A DNA stretch of 64,000 nucleotides, from the NCBI GenBank assembly GCA_002633005.1, contig NMRA01000347.1:248001-312000 (forward strand), given 5' to 3'. Shown here piece after piece: positions 37,001 to 49,424 of this stretch. The notes under the pieces were generated by a model. It ran no database searches, had not been told where the DNA came from, and saw nothing but the letters and a program-made list of their open reading frames with translations. Each line of letters starts with the position of its first letter. Position 1 is the first letter of the stretch. Both the position numbers and the translations under genes were made by a program. This DNA is from Phoronis australis. Lineage: Eukaryota > Animalia > Phoronida.

Positions 37001-40000
37001 TACGCTCTTGCTATTTTATTTTTTTGCGGCAGCCAAGGGGGGTGGGGTCCCAGGCCCCCTGCNTCTATTACCTGCAACACATCTTCGCTGCTCAAACCAC
37101 CACCAATTCCATATCCGTTGTCGAAGATTTTCATGCTGTTCAAAACATTGGCGGCTGTCATTCTGTACTTGGGGTTCATTAAATAGACGGCTTTATCAAC
37201 AGCCAGTATCGCAACTTTGGTTCGGGGGTCAGCCTCCACTGTTACGTTAACGAAGTCACCCGGTTTGTACATCGTTGAATGCTGCTCTTCAGTCATTGGG
37301 TTGACGCTGACCTTATAATTTAACAAAAAAAAAACACCTAGTCATCGTTTGTTGCTTGTTTGAGACACAGTTGCACAGCTTTAGCCACAGTTTATCCGGT
37401 TGATTCTCAGATGTAAAGTGAATTTCAGTCAAATATTTTAAATAAACTAAACCTTTCTCGGAGCATCCATCTGGAAGCAAGCAACCTACCTTGGGTTCAC
37501 ATCTTCTTAAAACATCGAACCGTTTCGTATCGGCCACAACTTCATCACCATGTAAATAATAGAACAAAATACGAGCATATGGCCACATTGACGCGACAAC
37601 AGGAATCGACAAGTTCAGCGGGAAGGTTGGTTCTTTAACAACTGCCGTATGTATCGTTTGGCCCCCGGATGTAACCATGTAAACCAACGTGCTCACATCG
37701 GACGCCTTTGTTGCTGTGATTTCAATTACTGCGTTGCTTCCCACCTTGAAAAGAACACCCGCATGATCATTGACGGGCTTAGGGGGAAGGGGGAAGGGCC
37801 GAGGGTCATGCGCCCTAAAATTCTCCCGCTCCATTTGCCAGCTTGAAGGTGCAAATCTCTGACGGGCAAAACCCTGACTAATACTATGTCCTGCTCCCCC
37901 TCCCGTCGTTGCGATCCTGTTCGTTAAGAATAATGCAGAGTGTTGTCGTCATTACAAAAACGGTGATGCGCTAACGCATCCGGAAGGTGAAGTTGAAAGT
38001 GTGCCTTAAACAGCTAGTTCGTACTTTCAGTAAGCACGTTGTCTGGTTGATTTTTTAGACTAAGTCCAACCCTGACAACAGTACACAAACGAATGCCCCT
38101 GATGATATTCATCCTGTATACAAAACTAACCACAAGTGCTTTAATATCCCTCGTGTTGTTTTTTTCGCCTAGATTGCTCAACGAAAAGCCAACAAAGTGG
38201 TGAATTATTACTATGTTAACTTAAGAGTTGTGTTGGCATTGAAGTCTATAAAACTGTCTAATTTATTTAACCTTAATAACAAAATTCCTGTGAGTCTATG
38301 GTAGAGGGCAGTGTACAAATTTATCTGTGCTCCAGTTATACATGTATAGGCTAAAGTGTTTGCCATTTGAAAACCCGCACCAGGGGACATCTAAATTCTT
38401 ACAGGGGCTCACATATTACTATTCATCTGCAGACCCCTAATCATTGTTATGAGCAATGCTCTTTCATTGACTTTGCTATAATAGACCAAGGAAAAAACAA
38501 GAAAGGAGCTTAAATTGTGTAACAGTCTACACATCAGTTGTTGCCAGCCCAGTCACAATAGGCCACTGGCACACTTCAGGTTGTCATTGCTAGTCTAGTC
38601 CATTTTTACTTCCCTGTAACTGACTTTGTTTGTGTTTCATTATTTGTTGTTGGGTATAGAAAGGTGACCACTGTGTTTTTACGATAGGGTTTCAATATAC
38701 GCCAACTCATGTCAAACCTATGTTGACGAAACATTTGAACCGATGTCTGGGACAAATAGATAACGTTCGTGTGTTGTACACTGCTTTGAACAGCGACACC
38801 TCTTGAAACACTAATGGCGAAGGCCGTAAATCAAATACTGTGCGAACAATTGAAACATCAACGGACTGTAACTTAGACTCCATTCGGAAGTTCAGACTAA
38901 ATTGTTTTCTTACCGACACAGGTCGATCGCTTTTTACCGTTGCTTGTAAAAACCTGTTGCTTGGTGAGAAGGCTGACGTCATGGTATATTTCTCTGTCAC
39001 AGGAACTTCGGTTAATGTCGACACCTAACAAAGGCAGTTTATGACCAGTTATATGTAAGTATTGCAATGAGTTAATATGGTGAGTTATGTGCATAACAAA
39101 TTCAATGTATTGAAGTCAGGCCGCAGTTAAGAGTTTGAAATCACGGAAACCCGGTTTCCGTGATACCTTGCACGTTACAGCCGTTTAAGGAAAAACAATC
39201 TAGTAAACGCCATTTTCTTGCATAATCCTCCGCCTTTTGTAACAAAAAAGTCTATCGTCGATGACCCGCACACGCACGCTCACTCACTCTCATACGCAGA
39301 CGACCTTCAAAACAAACGTCACGTGACAACAACATGTGTGTTCATCCAGAGATTTTTCTCGTGTTGTGGAGTACGATGTAGCGCACATTTGGACTTAATC
39401 GCAATTAATCTGGACTCCACAGGAACTTTAAAAATTGTAAAACATCAGGAAGATTTCAGGTAATTTGTTGAGTCGAAACTATATTTTTATTCAAGAGTAC
39501 AAGTTTTCCTATTGACGATCGCGATTCAGCGACGCATCAGTCGGCAAGTTTTCGCCCTGTGATGAGCACAATTTTTTGAAAAATTATCGTAATTTAACAA
39601 CGGAAGTTGATAGCAATGCACCACAATTTTGTAGAAAGGCTGTCATAGGCTACAAATACGTCACAGAGCGTAAATTTGATGAATCCTAGCTTCCGATTTT
39701 ACCCGTTTGGGAAACCGGGTTTCAACTGCCGTAGGCTCACTACAATAAGCGTCCCCTCCCCGTGAAATGAATTTTTCTAAGCGTTTGTTTGAGCCAATAC
39801 AGTATACAGCTTTCCACCAAGGCTAGGTGATGCAAGACATTATTACTTGTTCTTTGTTGCATTATAGTAACTGGTCTTGGCTAATTATCATTTTATGGCC
39901 TGGTCATCCATTCAGCCCAAAGTAGTTCCAGAGGTGGCTTATCAGCCAATTATTCACGCATGCTGACTCACAATAGAAGCCTGATAAGAGTGAAGGTGGA

Positions 40001-42606
40001 TAAATGCGGTGTTCCTACAGTTTCTTGTTTTAGTGGATGTGTTCACGACATGCTAGAACAAAGTTTACCCAAAGACTAAGCCTTAAAATATAACGATAAA
40101 AGGGTTTCAATTCATTTCCCTTTGTCTAAAGATGTACATGTACACGTGTACCTGTATTGATGCCATAAAGGCGCTGGAGATTGAATCGACGATGACGGAA
40201 GCGTGTCCCTCTTTATTGGTCGAAACATTGGATGTTAAGGATGGCATTAAAGCGTCACCATTTGGTCTAAAGAAGATAGTAGTCACGCTAATGTCAATTT
40301 GCTCTGGTTTGCCGGTCACATTCGTCACGTCAATCTGAAATACGTATGAATCATTGAAATCAAGTTTCTACGTAAAGGCTGAAATGGTGTTGTTTAAAGG
40401 AAAGAATATCGAAAAACTCTTGTGATGTAAGCATATCGAGGTTGTCAGGGGCACATTTCAACGCTCTGTTGCTCTTTCTATACGCCGTAGATGTGAAATA
40501 CAGCCTGTAAACTATCCAGTGCAAACGATGCATTATTCCATGTTCCGTAGAAGATATTAATAATCACACAACGTTAAGTACAATAACCGTCTGAAGCACG
40601 CAATGCTTACCTCAACTGTAAAGGACAATCCAGGTTTGAAATAGGGGTGTGTTCTTGAAAACGTGACAATGTATGGTGCACTGAGGATTTTGGTGTAACT
40701 TGACTTGCCAGTTTGCTTGATTCCCGATCCGTGGTCTCGCACTGTCGCCAGAGCATACAGTTTAGTACCCTCCTCAAGTTTAGGTGTTGAAAAATTCGTT
40801 TTAAAGCGGCCGTTTGTCATCTGCAAAGTTTAAAACATAACGCACAGTGAAGGTTTCGTAGCCAGGAAGTAGATATACAATATTTTTTGTAGTGGTTGCA
40901 ACTGTGGTTAGATTTTACCTAATACAACGCTTCTGCGCCCGAAAACCTTTTAAATATTTGACGGTTGACAGTATGGTAAACACACGTGGCCCTTGTTTGT
41001 ACATGTACATAGATTTCTATACACGTGAAGGGTTTAATCTATTACAGAACTGAAGTTTTGTAAAACACGAATGGAATTAAACCCTCAACATTGTCGAGAC
41101 AGTTATTCACCAATTTAATAAAATTATGTTGAATCATCAAATTATCACTTAACGAAGTGAACAACAGGGAGGATTGCATCATAAAACTTGCTCTTGTCAT
41201 GATTTGACGCTACTCAATCCTAGACTTGGAGATGTGCGACGTCATTCATGAACTTAGAACTTACGTTGCCAGTCTTACGGTCAATAATCGTCAGTCCAGT
41301 GTCTGTCTGCTTACCGAGACGTACGTCCACTGGCCCGTTAACTTCTTTCTCAAACACATATCTAAAATCGTCGAGAGTTAACGTTGAAAACAATTCGTTT
41401 TCAGTGGTGCAATAATCCTAGTATCTACAAACTGCGTGTAACCTGACATGCGCTAGGGGTCGCTCTGTATATACATGTACAGTGTTTGTTTATGATACAA
41501 TCACTGATGAAAGTTCTCATCTGTTCCGATGCTGTGCCATCGTCTGCTCGTATTCTTTAGTACATAGTCTGGAATTGAGATTTCTCAGGACTTGTGTAGT
41601 ATCGTTGCTGAAGACAACAAAGATGACTTTTTTGAGTGACGATGTAAAACAACATATCTAGAGCTAAAAACACGAAAAGCGACTTGGGTGTCTACTCTCT
41701 CATAAAGTTGGTCGACATACATGTAATATTGCGCAACTCAAATCACAGGAAAATGCGTACACGGACCATTTCCGAATTCGCAACCGATTTCCGCGTTGGC
41801 TAATCCTGTTAAACATTGAAGCGTATTCTTGAGACACTGATGGTTCAAGCAATTATTGGCAACGGAAATCTACTCCTTTCACGGTACAAAGAGCACTGGC
41901 ATAATACGCAAGCCGCACGGTTGGGCCAGTCTCACAAAACAACAGTCCCGGTAATGAGTATCACGTGACCAATTTCATGGATTTAGAATATGAGGCCTAA
42001 TCCGATTTCTGCTTTAAGTCATCTTTCGTAAGATGGTTTGGACTATAGTTCGTACAATGTTGAACGTGTCTTTTGCAGCAAAGGCTACATGACTCTTCTT
42101 TCAACCTAGGGACATACACCTGTAGTGTTTCAAGCATTAAAAATAAAACGTACATAGAAATGCTTAACGCGAATTAGGCAAGTCGACACTTGTTCACATA
42201 TTTAATCATTAGACAAACACTACCGTACGTGAATGACGACGCAGTGTTTTGAAAGAAAGTGCAAAGCTCTGAAATTGATTTCAACACTCACCGAGCTTCA
42301 ACTTCCACTGTGACATATTTTCTTGGGTTGCTAGTTTTAACAATTACTGTCACGGAGAAGGTCGGAAGCACTGAAAAGAAGAATGGCTAAAAATAGGTGA
42401 TGACATCCACCACGTGAAAAAATGGCAACCGTGAGTTGAGCAAACCGTGGACTGTGAATCTGGACAACACGCGTGCAATCATTTGCATTGTTTCGCTGTT
42501 GCTGTAAAAGTTGTACAAAGATAATGAACTACCACAGTAAAATATTGCATTTTTTGGAAAGAGGCGAAATTGTTTCTTGCGTCGTGTGTGTGCGTGCATG
42601 TGTGTG

Positions 42607-42674
<68 letters not shown>

Positions 42675-45600
42675 CGTGTTTGTGTATGTGTGTGCGCGCG
42701 CGTGTATTTGTATGAATAGGGGTTTTCTAATGATGGGTGCTTTACTGGAAATCCCCGATAGTACAATATTGATGGAGCTAGACCTAAATATCGGCGTGTA
42801 ATCTTTGCAGGAAAGGAAACGTTTAATGAACTTTTCAAGTAAAACCATAGAATATGACAAAAAGAACTCTTTAAAATTCGCAAACTAAAAAAATTGATCA
42901 CGTGCGCTGATAACAGATGCAAGAGTGTCCCTACATTGCACAAGATAACTAGCTGAGAATATTAAAAACTAAAAGGGGTCCAAGACATAAGCTGAGAGTA
43001 TGAAAACTAAAAGGGGTGCGCCTTCCATGCAAAGTTTCACTCAAATCGTTCGCGTATGACTGCATGCACCTGGATACAGGCCCAGAATCGAAAGTACGTG
43101 TAGGTCCACGGGTCAAAAACATTGTCAGCTCGTAACGAACTCTTGAAAATAAAAATACCGTTGATGAGTATCGTCATGAAGAAAGAAGGAGTTAATGTTA
43201 ATTTCTTGGCATAAATCACCATTTAATAATTTCCAAAAACCTATTCCGAAGTTGTATTTACCGTAGTCTTTCACTTCAAATTGTACAGATTCTTCGAGTG
43301 CGTAATTCTTCCCATACTGCGCCGTGATCGACCAGTTTCCCAAATAAGAAAATGCCGGAATTTCCCAGCTCGTCGAGTCGAGTCCATTTGGGGTTGACAT
43401 GTCAGCTCTTCTTGGCTTGTGAACCTTTCCTATTGGGTCCTGTAAATACGTGTAGGAGAGCGTAAAATATACATTGCACAGCAGCGCCATCACACGGTAG
43501 CGAAAGTCAGGGGTGGTTAATAAATTCTAAGCAAAATATGTATGTTTTTCATATTCGTATTCTATATCAAGAATATTAAAGATAAATTGCCCTGGCTGAG
43601 GCTGAAAACAGGTCTTTGACAGAGGTCTGACAAACAGTAACATTCCTGTTGTTGTTAGATTATTTTTATCTGCGTCCAGTTGTCTATCTAGCTGCGTGGT
43701 AGAATGTGCTAATCTATTTTTGCATCATTTTAGTTTAGTCATTGCATCAGGTAACTTTCTCTTGCTGTTTAATCCCACTTTCTTAGAGTAGAAGATTAGT
43801 AATACTTCCTATTTCTAGAACTGTTTGTCAGCATGGTGTATCCCTTCATGCTCATTCCCACTAAATAATATTGGTCCTAACCCCGCTTGTCAAGGTAAAC
43901 GGTGGGGTTTGGAAAATTGAACTAGACCGTACATGTATTTATCCACCTTGGCCGAGTCGCGCTCGGCTCACGATCAAATGGATGCAGCCAAGCTGCTCTA
44001 TTCATCGAATCACGAGCGAGGATAATTGGCTTCGCTCATGCGGATATGATAAGCTGATTACAATCTAGCTGGCAGACTGTACTTTTTATGGAGAGAGTTT
44101 TACATAGTTTTTACTGTAATATTTGAAAAGAGGAGCGAAAACAAAAATGAGTACAACTTAGAATTTTTCAAATCAGCCCAGGATAAGAAATTTTGCAACA
44201 CAGCAACACTCACGATTACTTTCATTCGGCGCCCACGAATACAAAAATATAGGACCCAAGTTATTTAGATTTTGGAACACATGCATTGCAATATTCAAAA
44301 TACGTTTATTATGAATCTTACAAGCTGTAAAACGACGTTGTTTAATTTCATTGTACTGAGTCATTCATTGTCATCCGTCAAATCGGCAATTTCCGAGATG
44401 TGATCTGCGGCGTGCGCGTATGTGTACAAAACACGTGATTGTTATGTTCCTGAAGTACGAAAATTAAGAAACTTTAGCATGCCGTTATTATTGACAGGGA
44501 CACGATAAAACGAATTTGGATTTTGACTGTAGTCTTGATACAGCTAGCTGACTCATGACCACTGCGTCAGTGTCTAAGTTAGACCCAGAAATTTCACACA
44601 GTCCGGGTAGTTCACCTCGTCCCCAACAAGTTATTTGTCCGTCTTATTTGATTGGTTAATTCGTGTTTCTCTAGACAATCTCTCTCTCTATATATATATA
44701 CTGTTTCACTTGTTCGTAGTATTACATGTAGCAGTTGTTTTTCCGCATTGAGAGTTCTTCTCCTCATGTAACGTTTGTAGTCTTCAATATACTGATCAAC
44801 ACTCATATCTTGTTCTTGCCTACGAACCACCATAGCCAAAATTCAACGGGAAATGTGTTTTACCACAAAATGGATCCGAACAGGAGCATCTCTGGGCTTC
44901 ATCACGTGGTCCACTTGTATAATTTGGACTTGTACTGAAAGATTACAAAAACAGACCAACATGTGATTAAAGATAACAGAATTTACTTACCTTAGTCACA
45001 AGTTACTTACCCCACAATCAGATGCTTGGTGCGAGTGTACGATTATCTGTACATACTGCAGACAAATATCTTCAGAACAAACGTTGACCTGTCTGTTTAT
45101 CATACATGTATGTATAGTTAGACTGAAGAACAGTTCGAGACAATTTCATAGAGCTAAGTCGTGGTCTAAATACTGTTTGTAAGGGAATAGTGTCTTGGGC
45201 TATTTTGATGTTGGTTAAATGGTAGTTTTGCTGTTTCATCAGTAAATGACGAACTCACCGTTTTTTGGGCACAGGTGTGAATTTCAATTTATGCATCTGA
45301 GACGGGTAAACACAAACCTTGCTGACTGGGAGCATATATCGGCTTGTCAAGCTGTATAAAGACCAGTCCATTTTGAGGGGTGACCAGGATCTCGACTTCT
45401 TGTTCAAACTGAAGCTCGCTGGAGGCGCCCTTAGCTTTTAAGAGTACAAAATACTCTTTGAAGAGAGGTGTGTACGATTTGTTGGAGGGTGCCATGATTT
45501 TGAGCTCAGTTGGAACTTCTGTAGAAAAACAAACATGGAAGATTTAGTCATTGGCCAAGTTCGTCTGAAAATCAGCAAATGGATTTCAGTACTAAAGCAC

Positions 45601-48600
45601 ACCCTTACACGTTGGCACAGAAAAGAGACACAGCGTAACCATGAGGACTATGATTTTTCATTGGCTCTACTAATGAAGTAACAGCCGGAAGTTCTAGTTC
45701 AACTGGTTGTTACGGAATACCATTTGGGTTACAATGTGTTACTATGGTGTAATCCCGTCACTTTTACTACAACATCATTAAATACAGTGATTTATTCCAA
45801 ATTAAAACTTTAACTGATGACGATAGGACATGCATTTTAGCACTTCACTCCACCATTTGATTTAGACAGAGTGGTTCCAAATTGAAAGCTGCGAGGTGCC
45901 CTCGTACAGTGCCCATCGAAACTGTACAAAGATCCGGTAACGCTTGTGAGGAACAAAATAGGACACCATCTTGTAAAATCTACGTGCAAAAGCAATGCCA
46001 AGTAAAAGAACTACTTTTCAGCGGTCTCATGAAATGCCGTTGATTCCATGTTGTTTGGCAATAATTCTTGGTGAGATGGCACGCGCTCCAATTGGACTGA
46101 GCTCCGTAGACTCAAGAATCTCGCGAAAGAAGATAGTGTGACCACTCGCTTTGGCTCTAATAAAACTGCGATACTTCCCGATTTTTTTCGTAATCTTACT
46201 TTTTCTCGAGGTTCTTACGTTCACGGAACGCACGATTATGCAGTCTCGCCAAAGTAGTCCATTCGTTGCTAACAAACCAGTGAGGCATTTTTTGATCAGT
46301 CCAGTTCATATGAAGAAACATCTCTGTATAAAAGTTTAAAAAATTACTTTTGTTACCACAGTTGACGATAAAATCGTTTTTTGATATGTTAATGAAACAG
46401 TTTTGCCATTTTATACATTGCAGAAATCGAGGGATGGTTGTGATAACAACATTAAATGCAAGGTTTGGAACACTGCTAAACAACCAACCCAAATGGACTC
46501 TATTCGACGAGCTTGACGATTCCGGCATTTTCGGATTTGAGTAAGGTGGATCACGGTGCATCACTCAGTGGAATTTGAAACCGTCATTCCACACTGTTTC
46601 ATATCGCTATTGAAATTGTAAGCAGAAATGTATTGGTGGACTGACAATTTCTAAAGTTTAAATTATAGCACTTTCACATGATCCTTTATAAGTGTTATTG
46701 GAAAGCACTTGGTTTTCCAAAAAAATCATCATTAGAATTACTCGACAAGATTTGGAACACCGAAAAGCTCACCACGTATGTTCAAAAAGAACGATGATTC
46801 TACCTTTCTTGATGCATTCCTGAATGGAACGTACTTCGTAAGTCGACCGTTTGTCTACATATTAAGATATCACTGCTATTAAGACTGGCATTGTGTCTAA
46901 ATATTTTTATTACCGCAATGAATCGAAAGTGTGTAGAATTTTAAAAATCACTGTGAATATATATAAATTGACCGCGACTAAGTCAACTCCATGTAAGAGA
47001 CTTGAATTTTAAATATATTTGCCAATGTCTGCGTTGTTTCCTTTTTTGTTATGGATAGCAACAGAACTGGTATTTACTGAAAATGACACTTTCTGAGCTT
47101 GTGATTGGCTAAAAGGACAGCAAACAGCGCCACCTCTGCTAAATAATGCTGAATTAGAGCAATAAATATGGAACTTAAAATTCTCGAATGTCAAACGCTT
47201 GAGGACATATCTAGCCACACAGGACAACCCGTGGCATCCTACTGGAGCTATAACACACAAATTTTTTACCATTTTTAAAACTTATTACTCAAATACTTTC
47301 TCTATCAACTGTACAGTTACACTTACCGAACTTTTTAATTTTTCATGTTATGAACAGGTTGTTTTCATAATGTTCTATAAGATAACATGATTGTCTTAAG
47401 AAAAAAAAAACAAATGAACAACATTCCAAGGTCAGGGTCATAGAGCAGCCCAATACATGAAAGTTGCAGGGAATGTCAATCGACATGGGTTTTATCACGA
47501 CCTTACGATTTTGGGCAGAGGTTCCCCGGCGTCGCCTGCGCTTTTTACTCCTTGAAGAGAAAACTTGTCAATGTCAAGTCTCAAACAATATTTGACACGA
47601 TAAATTATGCGCTGAAAATTAGTAAATTTAGATTCATATAATTTGAAACTAATGAACTCTTACAACTTGAGTTAATATTGCATGTTTGAGACAGCTCAAC
47701 TCAGTCCTATTTTATCCCCTGGGTAATTAATGCCGTCGGACCGACTCACACCACGTCGCTTTGGTAAAAAGTTATTGAGAAATTTGATCACGTTTGTCGC
47801 CTAAATAGACTTCTAGTTGTGGTTTACATCGTTACTTACAGACGACATGCGGCAGTACCTACACAGAGATCTTGCCATGAACTTAGATAGAAATCGCCAT
47901 TTCCAAGACTGCTGACCCCCCTACACAGTTGAACATTTCGTTGTGTAAAATAGTGATTTCAGGGGGAGTGACGGACATGAAATGGAACATTCGCTTGTTA
48001 TTTTTGGAATCAGGATCGAAGTAAGAATACCGTTTGCGGCATGAATTGTTACAAGATGACTGTAATTCGACACTCGAGTGCGTTATTTCTTGAAATTAAT
48101 ATTTTAGAGTCAAGTAGCAAAATAATTCGCCTGAAGTTGGCGAACAAGACTTAGCTCTGTCATCGCCAGTGCAGCTCAGAAATCGCCAATGGCGAGCTGG
48201 CGAGCGGCTAGCGCGAGCCTTTATAGACAGGTATACAAATACTGGAGCTACATGTACATGTACATGTACTGTATGCCAAACGGCCTGTTACTGAGGCTTC
48301 GATAAATTCTGAAGCGTGTGACTTCTTATCAATGTCTCTCTCCAATACTGTCGAACGATCAAAGTTTTGATTTACATGTAGATCAAATTAATCTTGTCAC
48401 CTTGTTCATTACTTGAGATAACAAGTGATTTCTGGGTTTGCAATGATCAAATAAGATGTTACCTGTAGCTTGGCACGAAAGCCAACACGCTGTGAGGAGC
48501 TTAGGCTCCCCTATCAAGCTATAACGAAATGTCAGTTTCATTGAAGCCCCGATATATTTTTTCTGCTAACCAGATGAAAAGCTCACCGGGATGAATTACT

Positions 48601-49424
48601 TGTAAACCCTTTACCACCACCTTCGCAGTTACTATCATTACCTGGCTGTATGCGTTTCTTCACAGGATCAGTACGCCACTCCCTGAACGGATAATCTTGA
48701 AGGCACAGTTCCAACTGCACTGGTTTGGTGGCCTTAAAAATCGTGATGATCACACTTTCTTCGACATCAAATCGCAGGATGTTCGGAACGCTGAGTAGAT
48801 ATTTGGGACTGTAAAAATTATCAAAGCATCGCCTATTGCTATGTTCATGCGGGTCAACTTTTCAGAAAGAATTACGAATTATATTGGTCATTTTCCAATG
48901 GCCTGCACTTGCCGACTGAAGCATGGTGAACTTATGCTTGGCGTGGACATGCCTCAAATTCAGGTCATTGGCTTTGACTTCCTGGCTGTGATACTGCATT
49001 GATTAATAACTCAAAAATTAAGCCCACATTTTCTGGTTCAGCATCCAAGCTTAGCTGCTCTTGCATGACCTAGATTAGTTGTAGAGTGTTTTTAATTTTA
49101 TCTTTGATGGTACTGTCAAAAATATCACTGACCTAATCTCAAATGAAGAAGTTGTTGTCTGTGTTAACTACCTGTATGTAGCACTTAAATTCAACCAGAT
49201 AAACAGGTAGGCAATTACATCGCCTTGAATGCCGCAGGCCGACCGAGGGGCTCTGTGTTGCCTAATAGACAGTCATTGTTTAAAAGTCATGCAGGACTGT
49301 GAGATATTCGACACCAAGTGACTAAATCCACTCACCTTGCTTTTGTTGACGACGGTGTTAGTAATAGCAGATATATGCACATCGTTGGTGTTGAAACACG
49401 AAACACCTCTTTCGTAGATACCAT
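21950..49424 (-). CDS. C3-like: Complement C3-like (thioester-protein family) gene, 22 exons, 1044 aa, lacking ANA, CUB-TED and C345C domains
   Basis: Exons (minus): 49424-49336, 48808-48642, 45518-45318, 44934-44864, 43439-43262, 42370-42292, 41361-41265, 40820-40611, 40334-40152, 39024-38914, 37744-37490, 37311-37072, 35979-35865, 30991-30844, 30208-29980, 29123-28914, 28437-28340, 26688-26596, 24579-24498, 23643-23569, 22477-22375, 22050-21950 (TAA). All introns GT-AG with compatible phases; sum 3135 nt. C3 motifs: [102 protein letters not shown]. Confidence 0.9.
22375..22477 (-). CDS. C3-like: C3-like exon 21 (MG8)
   Basis: [34 protein letters not shown] (cf. C3 [21 protein letters not shown]). 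Confidence 0.88.
23569..23643 (-). CDS. C3-like: C3-like exon 20 (MG8)
   Basis: [25 protein letters not shown] (cf. C3 YISKYE...TLIIYLDK). Confidence 0.85.
24498..24579 (-). CDS. C3-like: C3-like exon 19 (MG8)
   Basis: [27 protein letters not shown] (cf. C3 ILDISMMTGFAP). Confidence 0.9.
24730..26200 (+). mobile_element. Penelope-like retroelement 3' fragment (GIY-YIG endonuclease region), split by a MITE
   Basis: ALRANG..., [12 protein letters not shown]...KP...PKD...CGDIY and GEH..ATGH...E.NW..RKLKE..NI....LNRDGG motifs. Confidence 0.85.
25011..25895. mobile_element. Non-autonomous PIF/Harbinger-like DNA transposon (885 bp)
   Basis: Perfect 24-bp TIR TGCCCGGTTGCATGAAACAGTCCC; 3-bp TSD CAG at 25008-10 and 25896-98; subterminal repeats. 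Confidence 0.9.
26596..26688 (-). CDS. C3-like: C3-like exon 18 (MG8)
   Basis: [30 protein letters not shown] (cf. C3 MILEICTR); phase 2-2. Confidence 0.82.
28340..28437 (-). CDS. C3-like: C3-like exon 17 (MG8 start)
   Basis: [33 protein letters not shown] (cf. C3 TCNKFDLKVTI); CTAAT branch point, ttttcag acceptor, GTGAGT donor. Confidence 0.8.
28914..29123 (-). CDS. C3-like: C3-like exon 16 (MG7 end)
   Basis: VDVYAKV...[24 protein letters not shown]...[10 protein letters not shown]; phase 0-0. Confidence 0.92.
29980..30208 (-). CDS. C3-like: C3-like exon 15 (MG6-alpha/MG7)
   Basis: [17 protein letters not shown]...GFCVAE...[25 protein letters not shown]. Confidence 0.93.
30844..30991 (-). 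CDS. C3-like: C3-like exon 14 (alpha'NT/MG6-alpha)
   Basis: [49 protein letters not shown] (cf. C3 RSEFPESWLW). Confidence 0.88.
31850..33130 (-). mobile_element. 5'-truncated L1/Tx1-clade LINE ORF2 fragment in intron 13
   Basis: [19 protein letters not shown] motif, then a frameshifted zf-RVT-like [19 protein letters not shown]; AT-rich; (TG)n and A-rich tail downstream. Confidence 0.85.
35865..35979 (-). CDS. C3-like: C3-like exon 13 (LNK end, beta/alpha furin-type site)
   Basis: [38 protein letters not shown]; donor GTAAGT, phase 1. Confidence 0.88.
36150..37062 (+). mobile_element. MITE family B copy (intron 12)
   Basis: CAGTGGTGGATCTAGGA start; long match to 51915-52698; ends at N 37063. 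Confidence 0.85.
37072..37311 (-). CDS. C3-like: C3-like exon 12 (MG6-beta/LNK)
   Basis: [14 protein letters not shown]...[19 protein letters not shown]...DNGYGIGGG...VLQ. Confidence 0.9.
37490..37744 (-). CDS. C3-like: C3-like exon 11 (MG5)
   Basis: VGSNAV...YMVTSGGQ...[12 protein letters not shown]...[18 protein letters not shown]. Confidence 0.9.
38914..39024 (-). CDS. C3-like: C3-like exon 10 (MG4/MG5)
   Basis: [37 protein letters not shown]; donor GTAAGA. Confidence 0.8.
40152..40334 (-). CDS. C3-like: C3-like exon 9 (MG4)
   Basis: [12 protein letters not shown]...[12 protein letters not shown]...ASIQ. Confidence 0.85.
40611..40820 (-). CDS. C3-like: C3-like exon 8 (MG3/MG4)
   Basis: MTNGRF...[13 protein letters not shown]...[24 protein letters not shown]. 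Confidence 0.9.
41265..41361 (-). CDS. C3-like: C3-like exon 7 (MG3)
   Basis: [32 protein letters not shown]; donor GTAAGT. Confidence 0.85.
42292..42370 (-). CDS. C3-like: C3-like exon 6 (MG3)
   Basis: [27 protein letters not shown]; donor GTGAGT. Confidence 0.9.
42585..42705. repeat. (TG)n microsatellite
   Basis: Direct reading. Confidence 0.95.
43262..43439 (-). CDS. C3-like: C3-like exon 5 (MG2)
   Basis: DPIGKVH...[18 protein letters not shown]...VQFEVKDY. Confidence 0.9.
44864..44934 (-). CDS. C3-like: C3-like exon 4 (MG2)
   Basis: [24 protein letters not shown]; phase 1-0. Confidence 0.85.
45318..45518 (-). CDS. C3-like: C3-like exon 3 (MG1/MG2)
   Basis: [11 protein letters not shown]...[19 protein letters not shown]; phase 1-1. 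Confidence 0.9.
48642..48808 (-). CDS. C3-like: C3-like exon 2 (MG1)
   Basis: tttttacag| (S)[24 protein letters not shown]...QDYPF...RIQP |gtaatg. Confidence 0.9.
49336..49424 (-). CDS. C3-like: C3-like exon 1 (signal peptide)
   Basis: ATG at 49424, [29 protein letters not shown], donor AG|GTGAGT; phase 2 fits exon 2. The second ATG (M15) could be the true start. Confidence 0.65.

Noticed and set aside
42387-42943. Long ORFs rich in HT/CV repeats
   Set aside because: Translations of the (TG)n microsatellite.
21950-49424. Classification as A2M, CD109 or insect TEP
   Set aside because: LNK, MG8 and anchor motifs and the retained beta-alpha Cys pair are C3-type; needs phylogenetic confirmation.
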